DNA of 64,000 nucleotides from Eledone cirrhosa (taxonomy: Eukaryota): assembly GCA_964016885.1 (NCBI GenBank), contig OZ024743.1, positions 217,062,001-217,126,000 of the forward strand. The letters run 5' to 3'. Under the pieces are notes generated by a model, which did not search any database, had not been told where the DNA came from, and saw only the letters and a list, made by a program, of their open reading frames with translations. Numbering within the stretch: the stretch's first letter is position 1; each line of letters starts with the position of its first letter. The translations under genes were made by a program, and so were the position numbers. Below, piece after piece: positions 43,343 through 59,208 of the stretch.

Positions 43343-43675
43343 GTGTTAAAAGATATTCAATGATTATGTCAAAGAATGAGATTTACAGTAGATTGGAAGC
43401 ACTCTACGGTAAAAATTTCCTGAGTTATTAATATTAAAATATAAATATTAATAAAATAGATGTTCTTTTGATCAATTATATTTATCATACATACTTCGGA
43501 TGTACAACAGTACGTCCTCATCAGACAAAATATAATGATACATGACATACCCTGAGATGTTAAATGGTTAAGATTTAATGAAGGTACTACCTTGATTGTA
43601 CATCCTTGTTGTACATCCGAAATATGTATAATAAAATGTAATTGATCAAAAGAACATCGATTTTATTAATATTTA
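43340..43675. mobile_element. Family A foldback element, close paralog of 41120-41270
   Basis: Minus-strand hammerhead 43480-43530 (GAAG, cleavage triplet AUG). The inverted arm 43607-43673 starts inside stem II (TGTTGTACATCC-GAAA-TATGTA-TA). Confidence 0.8.
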
Positions 43676-43712
43676 TATATATATATATATGTATATGTAT
43701 ATGTATATATAG

Positions 43713-43793
<81 letters not shown>

Positions 43794-43839
43794 GCTATAT
43801 ATATATATGTCTATATGTTTATATATATATATGTATATA

Positions 43840-43977
<138 letters not shown>

Positions 43978-43997
43978 TATATGTATATATATATTCA

Positions 43998-44053
<56 letters not shown>

Positions 44054-44071
44054 CATATATATATATATTCA

Positions 44072-44143
<72 letters not shown>

Positions 44144-45513
44144 CATATATATATATACACATACATATATATATATATATGTATGTTTATTGTAAACAAT
44201 TATCTGTGTTTATATGTATATTCATATATATATATGTATGTGTGTTGTAAAATAGAACTTAATTGTATAATGTGGGGTTAAAAAAGGAAGTGTAGCTTCA
44301 CTTCAACCATGCAATTATTACAGAAATACTACATAGGACACGGTGTTGAAGTAGAAGTTTGACGAGCAGAGAATGAAGTATATAGATGAAAGTGTGCTGA
44401 ACGTGCTAACGTTGATACTGCTTGAGGATACCATGTTGCTGATAATGATGCAGTTGGCCGTAGTGTGAATAAGGAAAAATCGATAATTGTTTCGATCTGT
44501 TTTTGGCTGAAGATACATGGGAGTCGATCATCTGGTGTCACGCATTTTACACGACAAGTTCAGTTTCCATGACAACCGATGAGAGATCACGTGTCCGACT
44601 GCAGAACATTTAGAAGATATATTGACTTTGTATGGAAGGTTAATACGTAGGGAGATGACATCAAAGATATATCGGCACGACTTTAAAGTGTCTCGGTTTT
44701 AGTGTCGTCCATCTTTGATCGACTTGTTTGGAAAATTGAGATCAATATATTGATCGCTAATGCCTCGCTATCTATCTACTTACCCCCCCCCCCGTATTTT
44801 CATTTCTGTCTATCAATATTTATCTGTATATTACACCCCTTCCGCCTTCTCGTTTTCTCTCAACTTCCATTTGCCTTTAACTCAACCTATCTACATACTT
44901 TATCTATCTATCAATTTATTTATCTATCTGCACACTTACTGTCCGTTTATCTATCTATATATCGAGCTCTATATTTATCTGTCTTTCTCTTTGCATCTTT
45001 CTGTCTGTTCATCTGGCTGTGTGTCTGAGCCTCCGTTTTTCCGTGCCTCTGTCTGCATGTACGTTATTCTGTGCGTCTATCCATCTCTCTGCCTGATCGT
45101 CATTCTGTCTGTCTGTCCGCCTATCTGTTTGTCTGCCTCTATGTCTGTCTGTCTATCTGTCTATTTGCCTGCCTACCTTCCTGTCTCTGTATCTATTTGT
45201 CTCTGTCTGTCAATCTCTGTCAAAATGTATGTTTGTCTGTTTGTCTGCCCGCACGTCTGTCTCTCTGTCGTTCTATCCGTCCATCCGTCCGCCCGACTTT
45301 CTATCCATCCATCTACCAGCAGTCCATCAACATATGTAAATATAAACTACACAGTTGTCAACCTGTTTATGTATCTATTACTCTTTAGAAATAATCTTTT
45401 GGCTAGCTACACCATATGCATTATAGGCTGAAGCATAACAAAATCCTTTTTATCACAATGTATATTTCTGGTTGCCATGTTGCTTATATATATATACATA
45501 TATATATATATAT

Positions 45514-45587
<74 letters not shown>

Positions 45588-45600
45588 AAGCTACTTGTAG

Positions 45601-45631
<31 letters not shown>

Positions 45632-45777
45632 GAAGCTACTTGTATTATGAACTGCTCATTCTCTCTCTCATTCTCTCTCTTATTATCTCTCTCATACACA
45701 CACAAACACAAGCACGTATGCCTATAGATGCACATATAAGCATACACATATACACAAATGAAATACAGTATATAATA

Positions 45778-45964
45778 TAATTGTTTCTACTTTTTGGCAC
45801 AAGGCCAGCAATTACCCAGTATATTACGGGTACTTTATTTTATCGACCTCGTAAGGATGAAAGGCAAAGTTAACCTCGGCGGGATTTGAACTCAGATCGT
45901 AAAGGGACGTAACTATGCTAGAAAGCATGTCTGACCCTCCACCGATACTGCCAATACACCGCCC
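45778..45964 (-). mobile_element. tRNA-derived SINE family 1
   Basis: Same consensus; TATATAATATA on both flanks. Confidence 0.88.
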
Positions 45965-46019
45965 TTATATAATATAATAAATATATATAAGGGTAAAGTA
46001 CTCACTGTACGTAATGGAT

Positions 46020-46298
46020 CCCCATGAAATTTGCACCGAGACATTACTTCTCCGAGGAGCAAGACAGGCCAAGGTTGTTTGTGGAAAGCCAGCAGTGGCA
46101 TATACATATTGGTCAACCGCCCTCCACGCCATCGATGTTGTCCAAGGGAAAGGCAATGTCTGACTCAGGTTAGCATTCATTTCTACAGCTGAGTAAACTG
46201 GAGCAACGTCAACAAAAGTAAATTGCTCAAGGAGACAATGCATCACACTCTCTTGGAAGCGAACTCGCAACCTTCCGATTGCAAACCAAACGCTGTAG
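46020..46298 (-). mobile_element. SINE family 2, diverged
   Basis: GAGTTCGCTTCC...CCTTGAGCAA...CGTTGCTCCAGTTTACTCAGCTGTAGAAATGA...GCCTTTCCCTTGGACAAC; colinear with 63222-63500. Confidence 0.7.
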
Positions 46299-46368
46299 TT
46301 TGAGGGAGATAACATGCATAATGTTCGAATAGCAACTCCTTAGTGCATGTAAACTATCATTTTAAAAT

Positions 46369-46446
<78 letters not shown>

Positions 46447-46621
46447 GAGGCGTTGATATATATCAATGCCATGACCGCTTGAATCTCAGCGTGCTCAATA
46501 GGCAATGTAAGATACATTCCCAGTGTATACACATAGTTATTCGCTTCAATACAACACGTAAAACGGGTGCCGATATATATATATATATGTATATATACAC
46601 ACAAACACACACACACACACA

Positions 46622-46656
<35 letters not shown>

Positions 46657-47120
46657 CCATGCATGTTTATGCGAGTGTTTGCATTTATGTATATTAGTGT
46701 GCGTGCATGCATTTTAAAGTATTTATATATATATTCCTACAAGGGATTTTGAGATAGTTTCCAGGAAAATAATACGATAGTCTGCTTCACTAAATCATTT
46801 AGAAATCATCTAAATTTATTGTGCCGCCAAGAGAAATTTAGGCAGATTTTTATACAAATTTATTTTAATATATGAATTTAAACAGATAAATCATCACATT
46901 TACATTTACTGTATGTCTGAATAAATATCACGTCCATACACCTTCATACACACATGCATATTTAGGCAAAGCGTATGAGAGAGTCAGAGAAAGAAAGAGA
47001 GAGAAAGAGAAAGAGAAAGAGAGGGAGAAAGAAAGAGAGAGAGAGAAAGAGAGAGAGCTGGACATTTGTACATTTGTTGTAAAATGATTTTGTTGTGTGT
47101 ATGTGTAATCATATGTATAG

Positions 47121-48363
<1,243 letters not shown>

Positions 48364-50008
48364 GTCATATTTCTCACTCTAAACATTTCATAATATTTTT
48401 CATTTAAGAATTACTTGTTTGAACTATGTTAAGAAAATATATCCGGGCTTAGTCCTCTCTTGATAACGATTTCAGAGAGATTCTACAAAACAACTTGAAA
48501 GGATCTCAGTTCGGAAATCTAAACATGGTTACTTCTATTATCCGTTGTGTGTCGTTTTAGATCAGGGGAGGTTTTTAGCAATATGAAGAGGAAACGTGCA
48601 AACGGATGTCAGATGACGAAGATCAAATGATAGGTAATGAAAAAGAAATGGGAAAATAGGCAGAAACTCTTCTCAACCGATTCTTTGAACTATCCCGACA
48701 ATGTCAACTTATTACCAAAAGTTTAAAAACGTTGACACAGGAATGATCTTCCATTGCCAATTGGAATTTGGCAGTAAATTTGAAAACGGGTTGTCATCAT
48801 CTTCACAAAAGTCCGGTACCCCGTGATGTTTCGAGATTATGTAGATCCTATTGTTTATCTAAACTAACATATAGTATAAACAGGACGTTTGTGGAGTTGA
48901 AAAGAAGTTGTGAGGTTGAGCTGTATAATTATTTATGGTTCAAACTGTCTCTAGTTCAAGTTATCTATAGACTTATGATCTGGTCATAAATGTAGTTGAG
49001 TATACTCGTTTTATTTCTACCAAGAATTGTTCTCTGCTTTCATATATCTTCTCTAATTGAACCTCTCTATTGATTTTCAACACTTACCTGTTATACCACC
49101 TTAGACTGGATTTGTATTTTATATTGATATTTGATTTACTATGTTACTTCTGTGCATATATTAACTTAATTGTTCCTGCTTATGTAAATTTTGTTTTTGC
49201 CAATATAATTAAGTTTTGTTTTAGATATCCCGTATATCAACCTGATTACCTACCTATTGATTTATGGCATTCACTATCGTTTTCCTTTATTTTTTTATTA
49301 ATTATTTCTTGTAAAATGATCGTGTGATGTAGGTGTGTATATCCCACAGGGTAACATTTGTTTGCTATAATAATCCCTTGAAATATTTTTACTTCAAATT
49401 ATGTTTATTAATCTATATGTAGACTGTGTTTAGGGCTGTATATATATAATTCAACTATCTCCTCCTTTATATTATTATCTTCTATTTTCATTCATTTATT
49501 GAAGCTTTAACCAGCTACTACAACTAGACTACTATGCAGATGCAAATATCTACATTGCTTCCACTATAAATTTCATTTGTTTAATTAACCTACTTTTCCT
49601 TATATAACTTCTAAATAAACTCGTATTCGTTACTATTTTCCTGCTTTAGCATCCTTGTAATTTTTATACTTGTGTCCTATATTGTACGCTTATCACATGC
49701 GCACAAAAACCCACGGAAGACCACACGTACCAACAGACTACACATGTTTTAAATAAAAATTGTATAGAAATATTGTTTATGATATAAGTTTTCATTTAAT
49801 ATAACTGTGTCTGCCTGTCAATATATGCGGGACTATTTCACAAAACACACACACCCACACACAGACACACGCACATACATACACATACACACACATACAC
49901 ATACACACACATATATATGAATATGTATATATAGAAATAGATAGATAGATATATAGATATATACAGATATATGTTTATGTATGTATATATACATATATGT
50001 ATATATAT

Positions 50009-50192
50009 GAAAAGAGTCAGGACCCCGACTGCTGAGCTCCGGCCGTTTCGACAGCTTTCAGATTTAGCTATCGAAACGGCCGGAGCTCAGCCGTCGAGGT
50101 CATGACTCTTTTCTTAATACCCACTCTACTACCCTAAGTATCGAGTACTCGGGTGCGTTATGGTCCACCTGTACCTTACCACACTTCCTCCG

Positions 50193-50195
<3 letters not shown>
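50009..50195 (+). mobile_element. Family C hairpin-plus-tail element, copy 3; fragments at 8212-8266, 15888-15975, 20820-20890
   Basis: Same ~48-bp-arm hairpin and tail as 18311-18502. Confidence 0.85.
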
Positions 50196-50269
<74 letters not shown>

Positions 50270-50276
50270 TATTTAA

Positions 50277-50600
50277 TACATAAACAGAGAAAGCCTTAAG
50301 CTATACTCTGACTGACAACCATCTCACTCAACAAACTTTAGGATATACCTTAGTATAATCCCAATTATATGTTTGGGGTGCTAACTATATGTATTTTGTG
50401 GAAAGCCAGCTGTATTATTTTATATGAGATACAATTAAAATTAAAATATATATCTCTCTTTCCAAACAATTGTTTCATTATAAGTTTTTTACAAATTGGG
50501 ATAATGTATCCGGGTTATGTAAAAGCCAACATATATTTCCGTAAGAATACATGCATGTGGGCACTTATAAATCATCAGTGGACGCCCGTAAAACATTGAT
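50277..50600 (-). mobile_element. Family F element; shorter paralog at 21018-21258
   Basis: Shared CCATCTCACTCAACAAAC...CCCAATTA...GTTTGGGGT..TAACTATAT...GCTGTATTATT..ATATGAGATA...GTTTCATTATAAG. Confidence 0.75.
50461..50582 (-). ncRNA. Hammerhead ribozyme with ~85-nt stem II loop (family F), intact core
   Basis: Minus strand TCCA-CTGATGA-tTTATAAGT...ACTTATAAt-GAAA-CAATTG-TT-TGGA. The truncated paralog at ~21195-21225 has GAAA-CGATCG-TA. Confidence 0.75.
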
Positions 50601-50868
50601 ACAAGAAAAAATTCCTTACCGATGTTATTTTTTGTGTCAGCTAACCATCTTTTTATGCAACATAATGAGCGCCAAATTTGAAATTCCAGCAGTCTCAGAA
50701 AGAGGAATTACTCAGCGCCACGAAGCGGAAAAGGGAGGTAATCGCGAAACACAAGAAAGTAAAATAAAATAATATACACGCGGGTGAAATAAATTCCTTC
50801 AACAAAATATATATATATATAATTGGAAGGCAGCGGGTTGAACTGGACTTTGGAAACACGTAGAATCG

Positions 50869-50969
50869 AGACATATCTGAGGGTCTTGCGATTTCAGAGT
50901 CAGATTGGTTTGATCATTGCATTGATGGTGCCTCAAGCTGGTCGCCAGAGGAACGATTGTAATATGTCT
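50869..50969 (+). ncRNA. Hammerhead fold, family E paralog with mutated core
   Basis: AGACATAT-CTGAGGG-TCTtGCGA...TCGCcAGA-GGAA-CGATTG-TA-ATATGTCT; homologous to 7828-7921, with a compensatory change in stem II (ACGA/TCGT vs GCGA/TCGC). Confidence 0.7.
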
Positions 50970-52411
50970 AATAAATTGTATTCGTCGCACGGTTGATTCT
51001 CCGTTTCTTATATGATATATATATATATATATAGTGAAACCCATGCTAGTCCTATAAACGTATTATACACATATATATATATACACATATATATATATAC
51101 ATATATATATATATATTGACAAGCTCTTCTTTTTTATCTGTTTATAAAATGGAAGAAATCATTCGGCTGGCCCTACTTACTATGCGTAGGATTTTACGAC
51201 GCATTGCTTATATATGTTCGTCGGAAGAGAGAAAAATAGAAGGGTTTGGGTAGATGTCTCTGTTCATATTTTTATTTTAAATTTGTATTTTGATTTTTTT
51301 TAAACTTGTATTCTTGTATGTAGCTTATACTAAATAATTAGCGATTTTCTCTTGCAACACCTATTTAGATACTGAATTGATGGTTGAGAATATCTTAAAT
51401 TGTTTTTCGGCTTTGCTAGCTTCTGCTCTATAGATTCATTGTTACACTTTCATTATAATATATTACAAATTCAATGTATATATAATGTATCAATATATCT
51501 TACTCCTCCTCATATTTGTTATCTAGCTGCACAATATTTAGTTGTCTACTTTCCCCGCCATCATGGCGTTATTCATTTTGTATGACGCAGTATGGTCAAA
51601 TATTCATGTATCACGCTATGCATCCACTAGTGCTTCAATTACAGTTTATGGGATTATCAGCAAATGCCATTTACTCTAGATGGGCGTTGACCAAATCCTT
51701 GTGAACAAAGATATGTAAATGGAAACTGTATGGAAGCTCGTCTTGTCATATTCCCTGTCACTCGAAACTTTGAGAATTGTATTGCAGGTACATGAGTGTA
51801 TGGAATATTCAGCCACATAAATTCATTCATTTTATCAAACAACTGCAACATCGTGGAAATCATCATATATTGATTCTGATAGTATGACGTTTATATTCCG
51901 ACATACCTCACCTGCGAAATTTAGGTTTAATTTTCATTATTCCGTTTAATTTCCTATCTTCCTCCCTAACTCTCAATCAAAACCATTCCTATTTTGAATT
52001 AACTTGATATAAGATCCACTTGAGTCACATATACCCATATGTATGGTCCCAGCATACAGCAAGGGTCTCGTGCTTTAGAAAGGGAGAGAGAGAGAGCGAG
52101 AGAGAGAGAGAGAGAGAGAGGGGGTGAGGGAGGGAGAGTGAGAGAGAGAACAAGAGGACAAAAGAAAAAAAATGACAACCATTTGTGGGTTGTTTCTTGT
52201 TGTTACCGCAGTTTCACAAAAACTTGTAATTATTCTGCTAGTTGTATTTTTTTACTTTCCCGGATGTAGGATATTGGTACATTGCTTGTAGTACATTCGA
52301 ATGACTATTACACTTTAATCCCGGGTTCAAAAGGGGCTACCCACAGTTAGTAAGGTACTCAATACATTAGAGCACTCTGATGAGTAATGGTCTAACTGAC
52401 ACACACGCCCT

Positions 52412-52459
<48 letters not shown>

Positions 52460-52461
52460 GT

Positions 52462-52515
<54 letters not shown>

Positions 52516-53604
52516 TGTGCGTGTATGCATTTATGTGTAAATATACACTCCTGTTGATGTTACATTCACACATATATTCACATGCATCGATGACGCCTTT
52601 ATATATGGAAATAGAAACAGTATACTTATGTATCTGTTGATTCTCCTTCCAATCTGCGTGTGCACAACAATGCGAGACTTGCTTCACTTCTGGTCCTATT
52701 TCCGGTATACAATCTAAAGATAACGAATTTACGTGCAAGTGTTTTCTTCCGATTTAACACTTCCCTATCAACGGATGTAATCTAGCAAATGCATCTGGAT
52801 TCATTGAATTTCGACAAACTTGATCGATAGCAACAAGGACTTATTCAGAGAACCTTTGAACCTGTACAAATATTGTTGTATGTATTTTTTTTCTTCTGAA
52901 CGTATAAAAACCTAACTTGTTTAGCAAAATCCTCTGCTAATCTTTATATTCAATTTCTGCTTTATATCCGGATACAGTGTGGTCAGGAATGAATTAAATA
53001 TTACTACATTATTTATTTTTTCAGATTTATACATGTAATCTCTCCGTTAACTAACATCTGTTATACGTGAGATAATATTGATTTCTGACATTTGCGCAAA
53101 GGTATACATTTGTGGTACAATTGAATTTAATTTATCGATAATACGACGTGACTAACACTTACATCATCCTAAGAGAAATGTAAGGTAAAATCGAAGCCAT
53201 TTGACCTCAGCAGGCAAAGGAATGCTAGATTTAAATACCTCAGAAAGCTTTCTCTGTCATCCACTCTGAGATGATTTTGAAATACTCTTCCTTGGCTGTC
53301 TTTTCTATAGCTGCTGATAAAGAAAGATAAATAGGTTGAGAGCATTTTCAGAGTTCACTTCTCCTAACATAATATTTCCTTCCACATAAAAGTTAGAATA
53401 CTATCATCTTTTACGAAAACAATATTGCCGACTACAGTGACACGTTGGCTGAGAAAATAATTTAGTGTTATGTTCAAATACGAGGATGTGTATTTTGTAT
53501 TTCTAAATACAACAGTTATTTTTTTATATTTCCGCAGTGAAGTAACTATATGGAAGATATCAATCTAGCAATGCTAATTGTTTTAGACCAATTTGATGTT
53601 CATG

Positions 53605-53711
53605 TGCGGATTTGGATCTCATTTGCTTTTCAACCTTACGGGGTCGATAAAATAAAGTACCAGTAATGTACTGGCTAGTTGCTGGCCTTGTGCCTAAAGT
53701 AGAAACAATTA
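53605..53711 (+). mobile_element. SINE family 1 3' half; more degraded fragments at ~34440-34510 and ~55590-55650 (minus)
   Basis: CCTTACGGGGTCGATAAAATAAAGTACCAGTAATG...GCTGGCCTTGTGCCTAAAGTAGAAACAATTA. Confidence 0.8.
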
Positions 53712-56700
53712 TATTTTATTGGCTTTTAATTTATGTGCGCCTCCGTCATATACAGAAGACAAACGAATGACACTGCATAGTATTTTACACAAGTGTTCTA
53801 ACGGAAGTGAGAAAAAAAAGAAGCTGAGAATAGTGCAGATAAGTTTCGTGTACGAAATACGAAAAAGACTTTCAATTCTCGTAAGAATACCTTTCATTTT
53901 ATAAACGTTATTAAATCCCACAAGAAGGGTTTCTGTGTTAAAAGTTATATCATACAAAAAGTAATCGTTTGAGGTATGGAGTTTGTTGTTTGTATTGCTT
54001 TGCGTAAATATATCCAAAATAAAGGCAATCTATCGTCGTAGCCATAGATTGTATATGATCAATGATGGTTGTTGCGTTTGATTATTTTAAAGTTCTATTA
54101 AAATTGAATTACTTTATCATTGCTGCAAATAACTTTCAGAAAATAATTTCTATTCTGAATCTTTATTTAAAGTAATTAAGAATAAAGATGTTTTTCTCTA
54201 AAATAATCTTAATAAATATAAGCCAAGAATATAACTTAAAAAACATTTCACGAACAGTTTTGTGGATATTTTGTCTTATTTTCCTGTTTACGTCTTTGTT
54301 ATGTGATTTGCTGTGTTATCATTTTTTATTCAACAAATTGGTTCATGTTGATAATTGAAAATCTGTCAAAAAAAAGTATTCTTTCGAAGAGATGTATAAG
54401 TCAAGATCGATCAGAAAAAAGATTTTTGTTTTCTTTTTAAGTCTTAATTAAGAAAAGTACTTCAGAATGAGTTTTCTAAAATTATGAAATGGATTTTGCA
54501 GATAAAAGAAAATAATTAAATAACAATAAGAACAACAATTGTGTTTATACAGACACAAAGTCTTTTGTGTACAATAAAGTAAAGTCACTAGTCTGAAGAA
54601 TGTTGAATATATTTCTTTTGTTGATTGTGGAGTGGAGTTGACAATTAGAATATATAAAAAGAAAGCAAATAGATGCCAGGCGTCAGATCCTATAGAACCA
54701 CCATTCTACATATATAAAACCAAGTTGAAATAAATAGTTAGACTTAGAATACAAATTCTACAAAAGAAATATTTGGTGTGCATGCCATTTCTCAATGGAA
54801 ATGCAAACCGAATGATGGCCACGATTTTATCAGAATACTACGATCTCTTCTTCCACCAAACTGAGATAAGGTAGTCAATTAATATAAATCGATGATTATA
54901 CTGATGTTCATTGTATTTGCTAAGATACATTGTTTAAAATATGTAATTTTAAACTGCTATGTTTAGTGTGCAACTCGAATGTTTAGTGTCGACTCGAATT
55001 TGAACAAACGATTCCTCAAATACATTTATATCTCATTCAACCAAAACTTTACCATATACATTCCCAGCCAAATTAGTAATAACTCTTTAGCAACTAGAAT
55101 TAAATATTGATTCATTTAACACTCCTGTATTTGGATAATTAACATATTTGACATAGTTTTCAGTGTTCTTTCTATTGTATATCTTATTATAATGCAAATC
55201 AGTATTATATACAAATCGGTGTTACCATCTCGTTAGATATTTAAAATGTTTTTCTTTTAAATATAGTTCGGTAGGACGTTTCTCAATAATTTTCTTTAAT
55301 ATGATTCTTCAGTTTGCTAACAGCATTCTTGTTAATTTTAGGTTTGTGGTAAATTTCCCAACATAAAGCAATGATGACGATAATAAAAATGTTGTTCAAA
55401 TTAGAAGAAAACTTATTCAATTCAATTACATAATCATTGTAGATGGGGAACTAAAAGTAGTTTTCAGCAGAACTTGAACTTAGAACCTGGTGATTCTGCA
55501 ACTGTCGGTTTATTTTATTCTGAAAGACATAATTGTTTTAAAGATTGGTTAATCGTTTAAAGGGACCCAACTATTTTTGTTATACTTTAGTTCATCGAAC
55601 CCAAAGGATGAATAGCAAGGCATACCTCAGCAGGATTTGAACTCTGAACGTTATAATTATAGTATGTGTGGTAATTGAAAATTGCAATTGACAACTTACA
55701 GAGAATCTTTGAATTTTATGCATATTTGTCATGCCACTATATATCCTAATAAATAAAAAAGAAAAATAATTAAACTACCAGATAGCATCTTTGTATAAAC
55801 ATTAAGGAAAGATATGTCGTCTATGCTAGAATGTTATATAGATCTGGCTTTGGGAGATGTCACTAACACAGTGTCTTTTGATATAGATTATTTACTCTGA
55901 ATGAACGACTGACACGATTTAGCTGAAAAATAAAACTCGTTTAATTGTGTCGATGATGTGATATGTTTCTTTAACACCATTTTTAAAAGTGACACTTTAT
56001 TATGTCACGAAATATACTCGAAAAGATTAAGCTAATAACTATTGATTTGTTTTTCTTTATATTTTTTCCCATTATCATAAAGAGTAGATGTTATAAACAC
56101 CTAATGTGTGTGCTTTATCATTATAAAGCAGTCATATCTTCTTTATTTAGCGCGTGCCATGAAAGTCAAATGATCAAAAGATAAATTCATCACCAATTCA
56201 CTAAAATGACAGAGGCGTCTGATGGTATCATATTTTAACTTACACCTACTCCTAAAACTTCAGTATGTAATTTTAGATTATTATTTTACCACTACGTGTT
56301 TTCTCTAATATATTCAGAAAGTGATTTTCGAGCGTTAAACTTAAAGACGACATATCTTGGTAGTTAAAGCCGCTTTTATCCTCACTCTTAATTAGGCTTC
56401 TCAGGTTGAAACTATCGTCCGCTGTATTACGTTGTTATTAAGTATATTTTTTAATAGGAGAAACATATTTTCACATAGAAAACAGCAACCTAAATATAAA
56501 AACACAACCACTCTCATGCACACGCAGATACACATGCACAGATATAATAGAAAGTGTGGTTTTTTTTACAAAATGAAAAATAACCGAGGTGTCCTACACG
56601 AGTGAAAGTATAAAGAAAAAAAAGATGAAATCGAAAATGCAACTGGAGTCTTATTTAAAATATATATATATATATTTATTTGGTTCCTTTACCCGTTTTG

Positions 56701-56850
56701 CAGTTCTTTTGCTTTTCAAAAGTAGAGTTGAGATGGAGGGTATGTGGTTTTTCACATATCTGTGAGAAAAACTACAGACCCTCCATCTCAACTCTACTTT
56801 TGAAAAGTAGAAGAACTGCAAAACGGGTAAAGGAAACAAATAAATATATA

Positions 56851-57300
56851 AAAAAGAAATAGGATTTCGCTTCGAGCATAGCTTTATACAATATGTATAA
56901 ATATTTCGTATCTCCAAAGAAATACAGTTTTAGGAAGCCGTAGCTATGTAAACACCGGGGGGCTAACGCCCACTGCTGATGTCCAGCAGAAGCAAGGGGG
57001 ACAACCGTCTATGCATTCCAGGCTTAACTGGCCTTCATCAAGACGGTCCCTCCCACGGCTTGCGACTTCTAGACTAGAAGACAGGTGAGAATATATACTT
57101 TTCTCGTCTGTGTAAATGAGGTGATTAATCAGATTTGCATATGAAGCTGCATAAGTTGGCTCAGGCCAGTTAAGCCTGAAATGCATAGACGGTGTCCCCC
57201 TTGTTACTGCTGGACATCACCAGAGGGCGTTAGCCCCCCGGTGTTTACATAGCTACGGCTTCCTAAAACTGTATTTCTTTGCAGATACGAAATATTTATA
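56851..57300. mobile_element. Nested foldback element (arms 56896-57034 / 57163-57300)
   Basis: ~139-bp GC-richer inverted arms TATAAATATTTCGTATCT...GCTTAACTGGCCT and AGGCCAGTTAAGC...AGATACGAAATATTTATA. Confidence 0.9.
57004..57047 (-). ncRNA. Minimal hammerhead fold in nested foldback element (core TTGATGA/GGAA)
   Basis: ACCGTC-TTGATGA-AGGCcagttaaGCCT-GGAA-TGCA-TA-GACGGT. The inverted arm (57163-57193) retains GAAA-TGCA-TA-GACGGT. Confidence 0.7.
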
Positions 57301-57365
57301 AATAAATATATATATATTTTTTTAAATAAGACTCCAGTTGCATTTTCGATATCATCTTTTTCTCT

Positions 57366-57473
<108 letters not shown>

Positions 57474-57486
57474 TCTCTCTCTCTCT

Positions 57487-57558
<72 letters not shown>

Positions 57559-58140
57559 CATTGTTATTGTTTACATATATTATATTTCTAATGTAAAAAG
57601 TAAGTTTGAATGTCATGTCATGTGGTTTCAATCAGTTCAAACCAGAAGTGGTTCAACCAGAAATGATTGAAAAATCTTTAAAAAATACGAAATAACAAAC
57701 AATATTTAAAACTCCTACCGTCCTGTTCCACATAACACTGAACCACGAAATCTATGAGTAAATCTCTGACTCTACGGCGATGTTTCTGACAACTCAGAGA
57801 ACGTGACATTTTATGCCTGCACCAAGACAACGACGTACGATAGGTTACATATGATATTGAAGATTTCATTATCCATTGTTTTCAAAAGAAAACAACATTT
57901 TCTTTTCTCTAATTATTTATTTTCTTTCACACTAATCATTGTTTCAAGCAAAATCTTTTCTCAGATATATGGTTTCTATTTTTGCATAATTTTCAGTTTA
58001 TGAATATTCAAATTTTTCTTTATTTAAATTTCACAAACACTTAAATTCTGACTTGTTCATATTGGTACACATTAAAGAAAATAGAGCATAGATGTATTCT
58101 GAACATACACGAAAAACGATACATTTCTTCCCCCTTTCCC

Positions 58141-58195
<55 letters not shown>

Positions 58196-58248
58196 ATATG
58201 TGTGTGTGTGTACTATGTATCGATATGTATAAATTTATATATATATAT

Positions 58249-58289
<41 letters not shown>

Positions 58290-59037
58290 TTAATTTGGAG
58301 CAAACTCAAGCGAATCAACATATGTATGATATTCATACAGACACCTTCATAAACATATGATTTAAAAAGAAAAACTGAACATTACACATATGTACATATG
58401 ATATGTTTGTGAGCCTATGTGTTAGAAAAGAATCGCAAATTTATTACCATATAAACCCAACAATATCTATATATTTTTGTGCAGCCTTCACACAGTCTTC
58501 ACATATTCATTCAGACATCGACACATGTATTCACATATGCATTTTCACATTTACGCATGTAGAACATCCTTACACATGCACCTACACTAATGCATATGCT
58601 GAAACCTATATATAATGTTGCTCATTTCCCCTCACATATATTCTATCGCAAAATAAACATGTAATACTGTATGAACTTTAAGACTTTTACTTTCATCTCA
58701 GTTTCAAGAGAGTATTGTGGCTTCCAGGTAATATTAAACCAGAAATTAGAAAATAACTGAAAAAAACGGAGAGGGAGAAACGCATATAAAGATACAACGA
58801 TATCAAATGACATTTGTTGTTGGTTGTACAATTTGTGCTACTGAAAGATTTGTGTGAGTGCTAGATATTTGTTAAACTACGAAGATACACACACAAACAC
58901 AAATGTATATACATGACACGAATGATTTATTCTAGCGTATTGAGTGGTAATCAATTCAAATATAAAAAAAGTGTAAAATTGTAAGAAAGAGACAGAAGAA
59001 AGAATAATAATATATATACACCGACACGTAGATATAC

Positions 59038-59208
<171 letters not shown>

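Larger units (their letters stand above)
56545..57360. mobile_element. Family H foldback (centre ~56759) interrupted by a second foldback element
   Basis: Left arm 56545-56757; right arm 56761-56850, resuming at 57301-57360 (AATAAATATATA...AAATAAGACTCCAGTTGCATTTTCGA). Confidence 0.85.

Noticed and set aside
44760-45431. 223-aa ORF
   Set aside because: Degenerate (TCTG/TCTA) low-complexity tract; no domain motifs.
48579-48633. Short open stretch QYEEETCKRMSDDEDQMI between AG and GTAATG
   Set aside because: Weak acceptor, very short, no recognisable homology or neighbouring exons.
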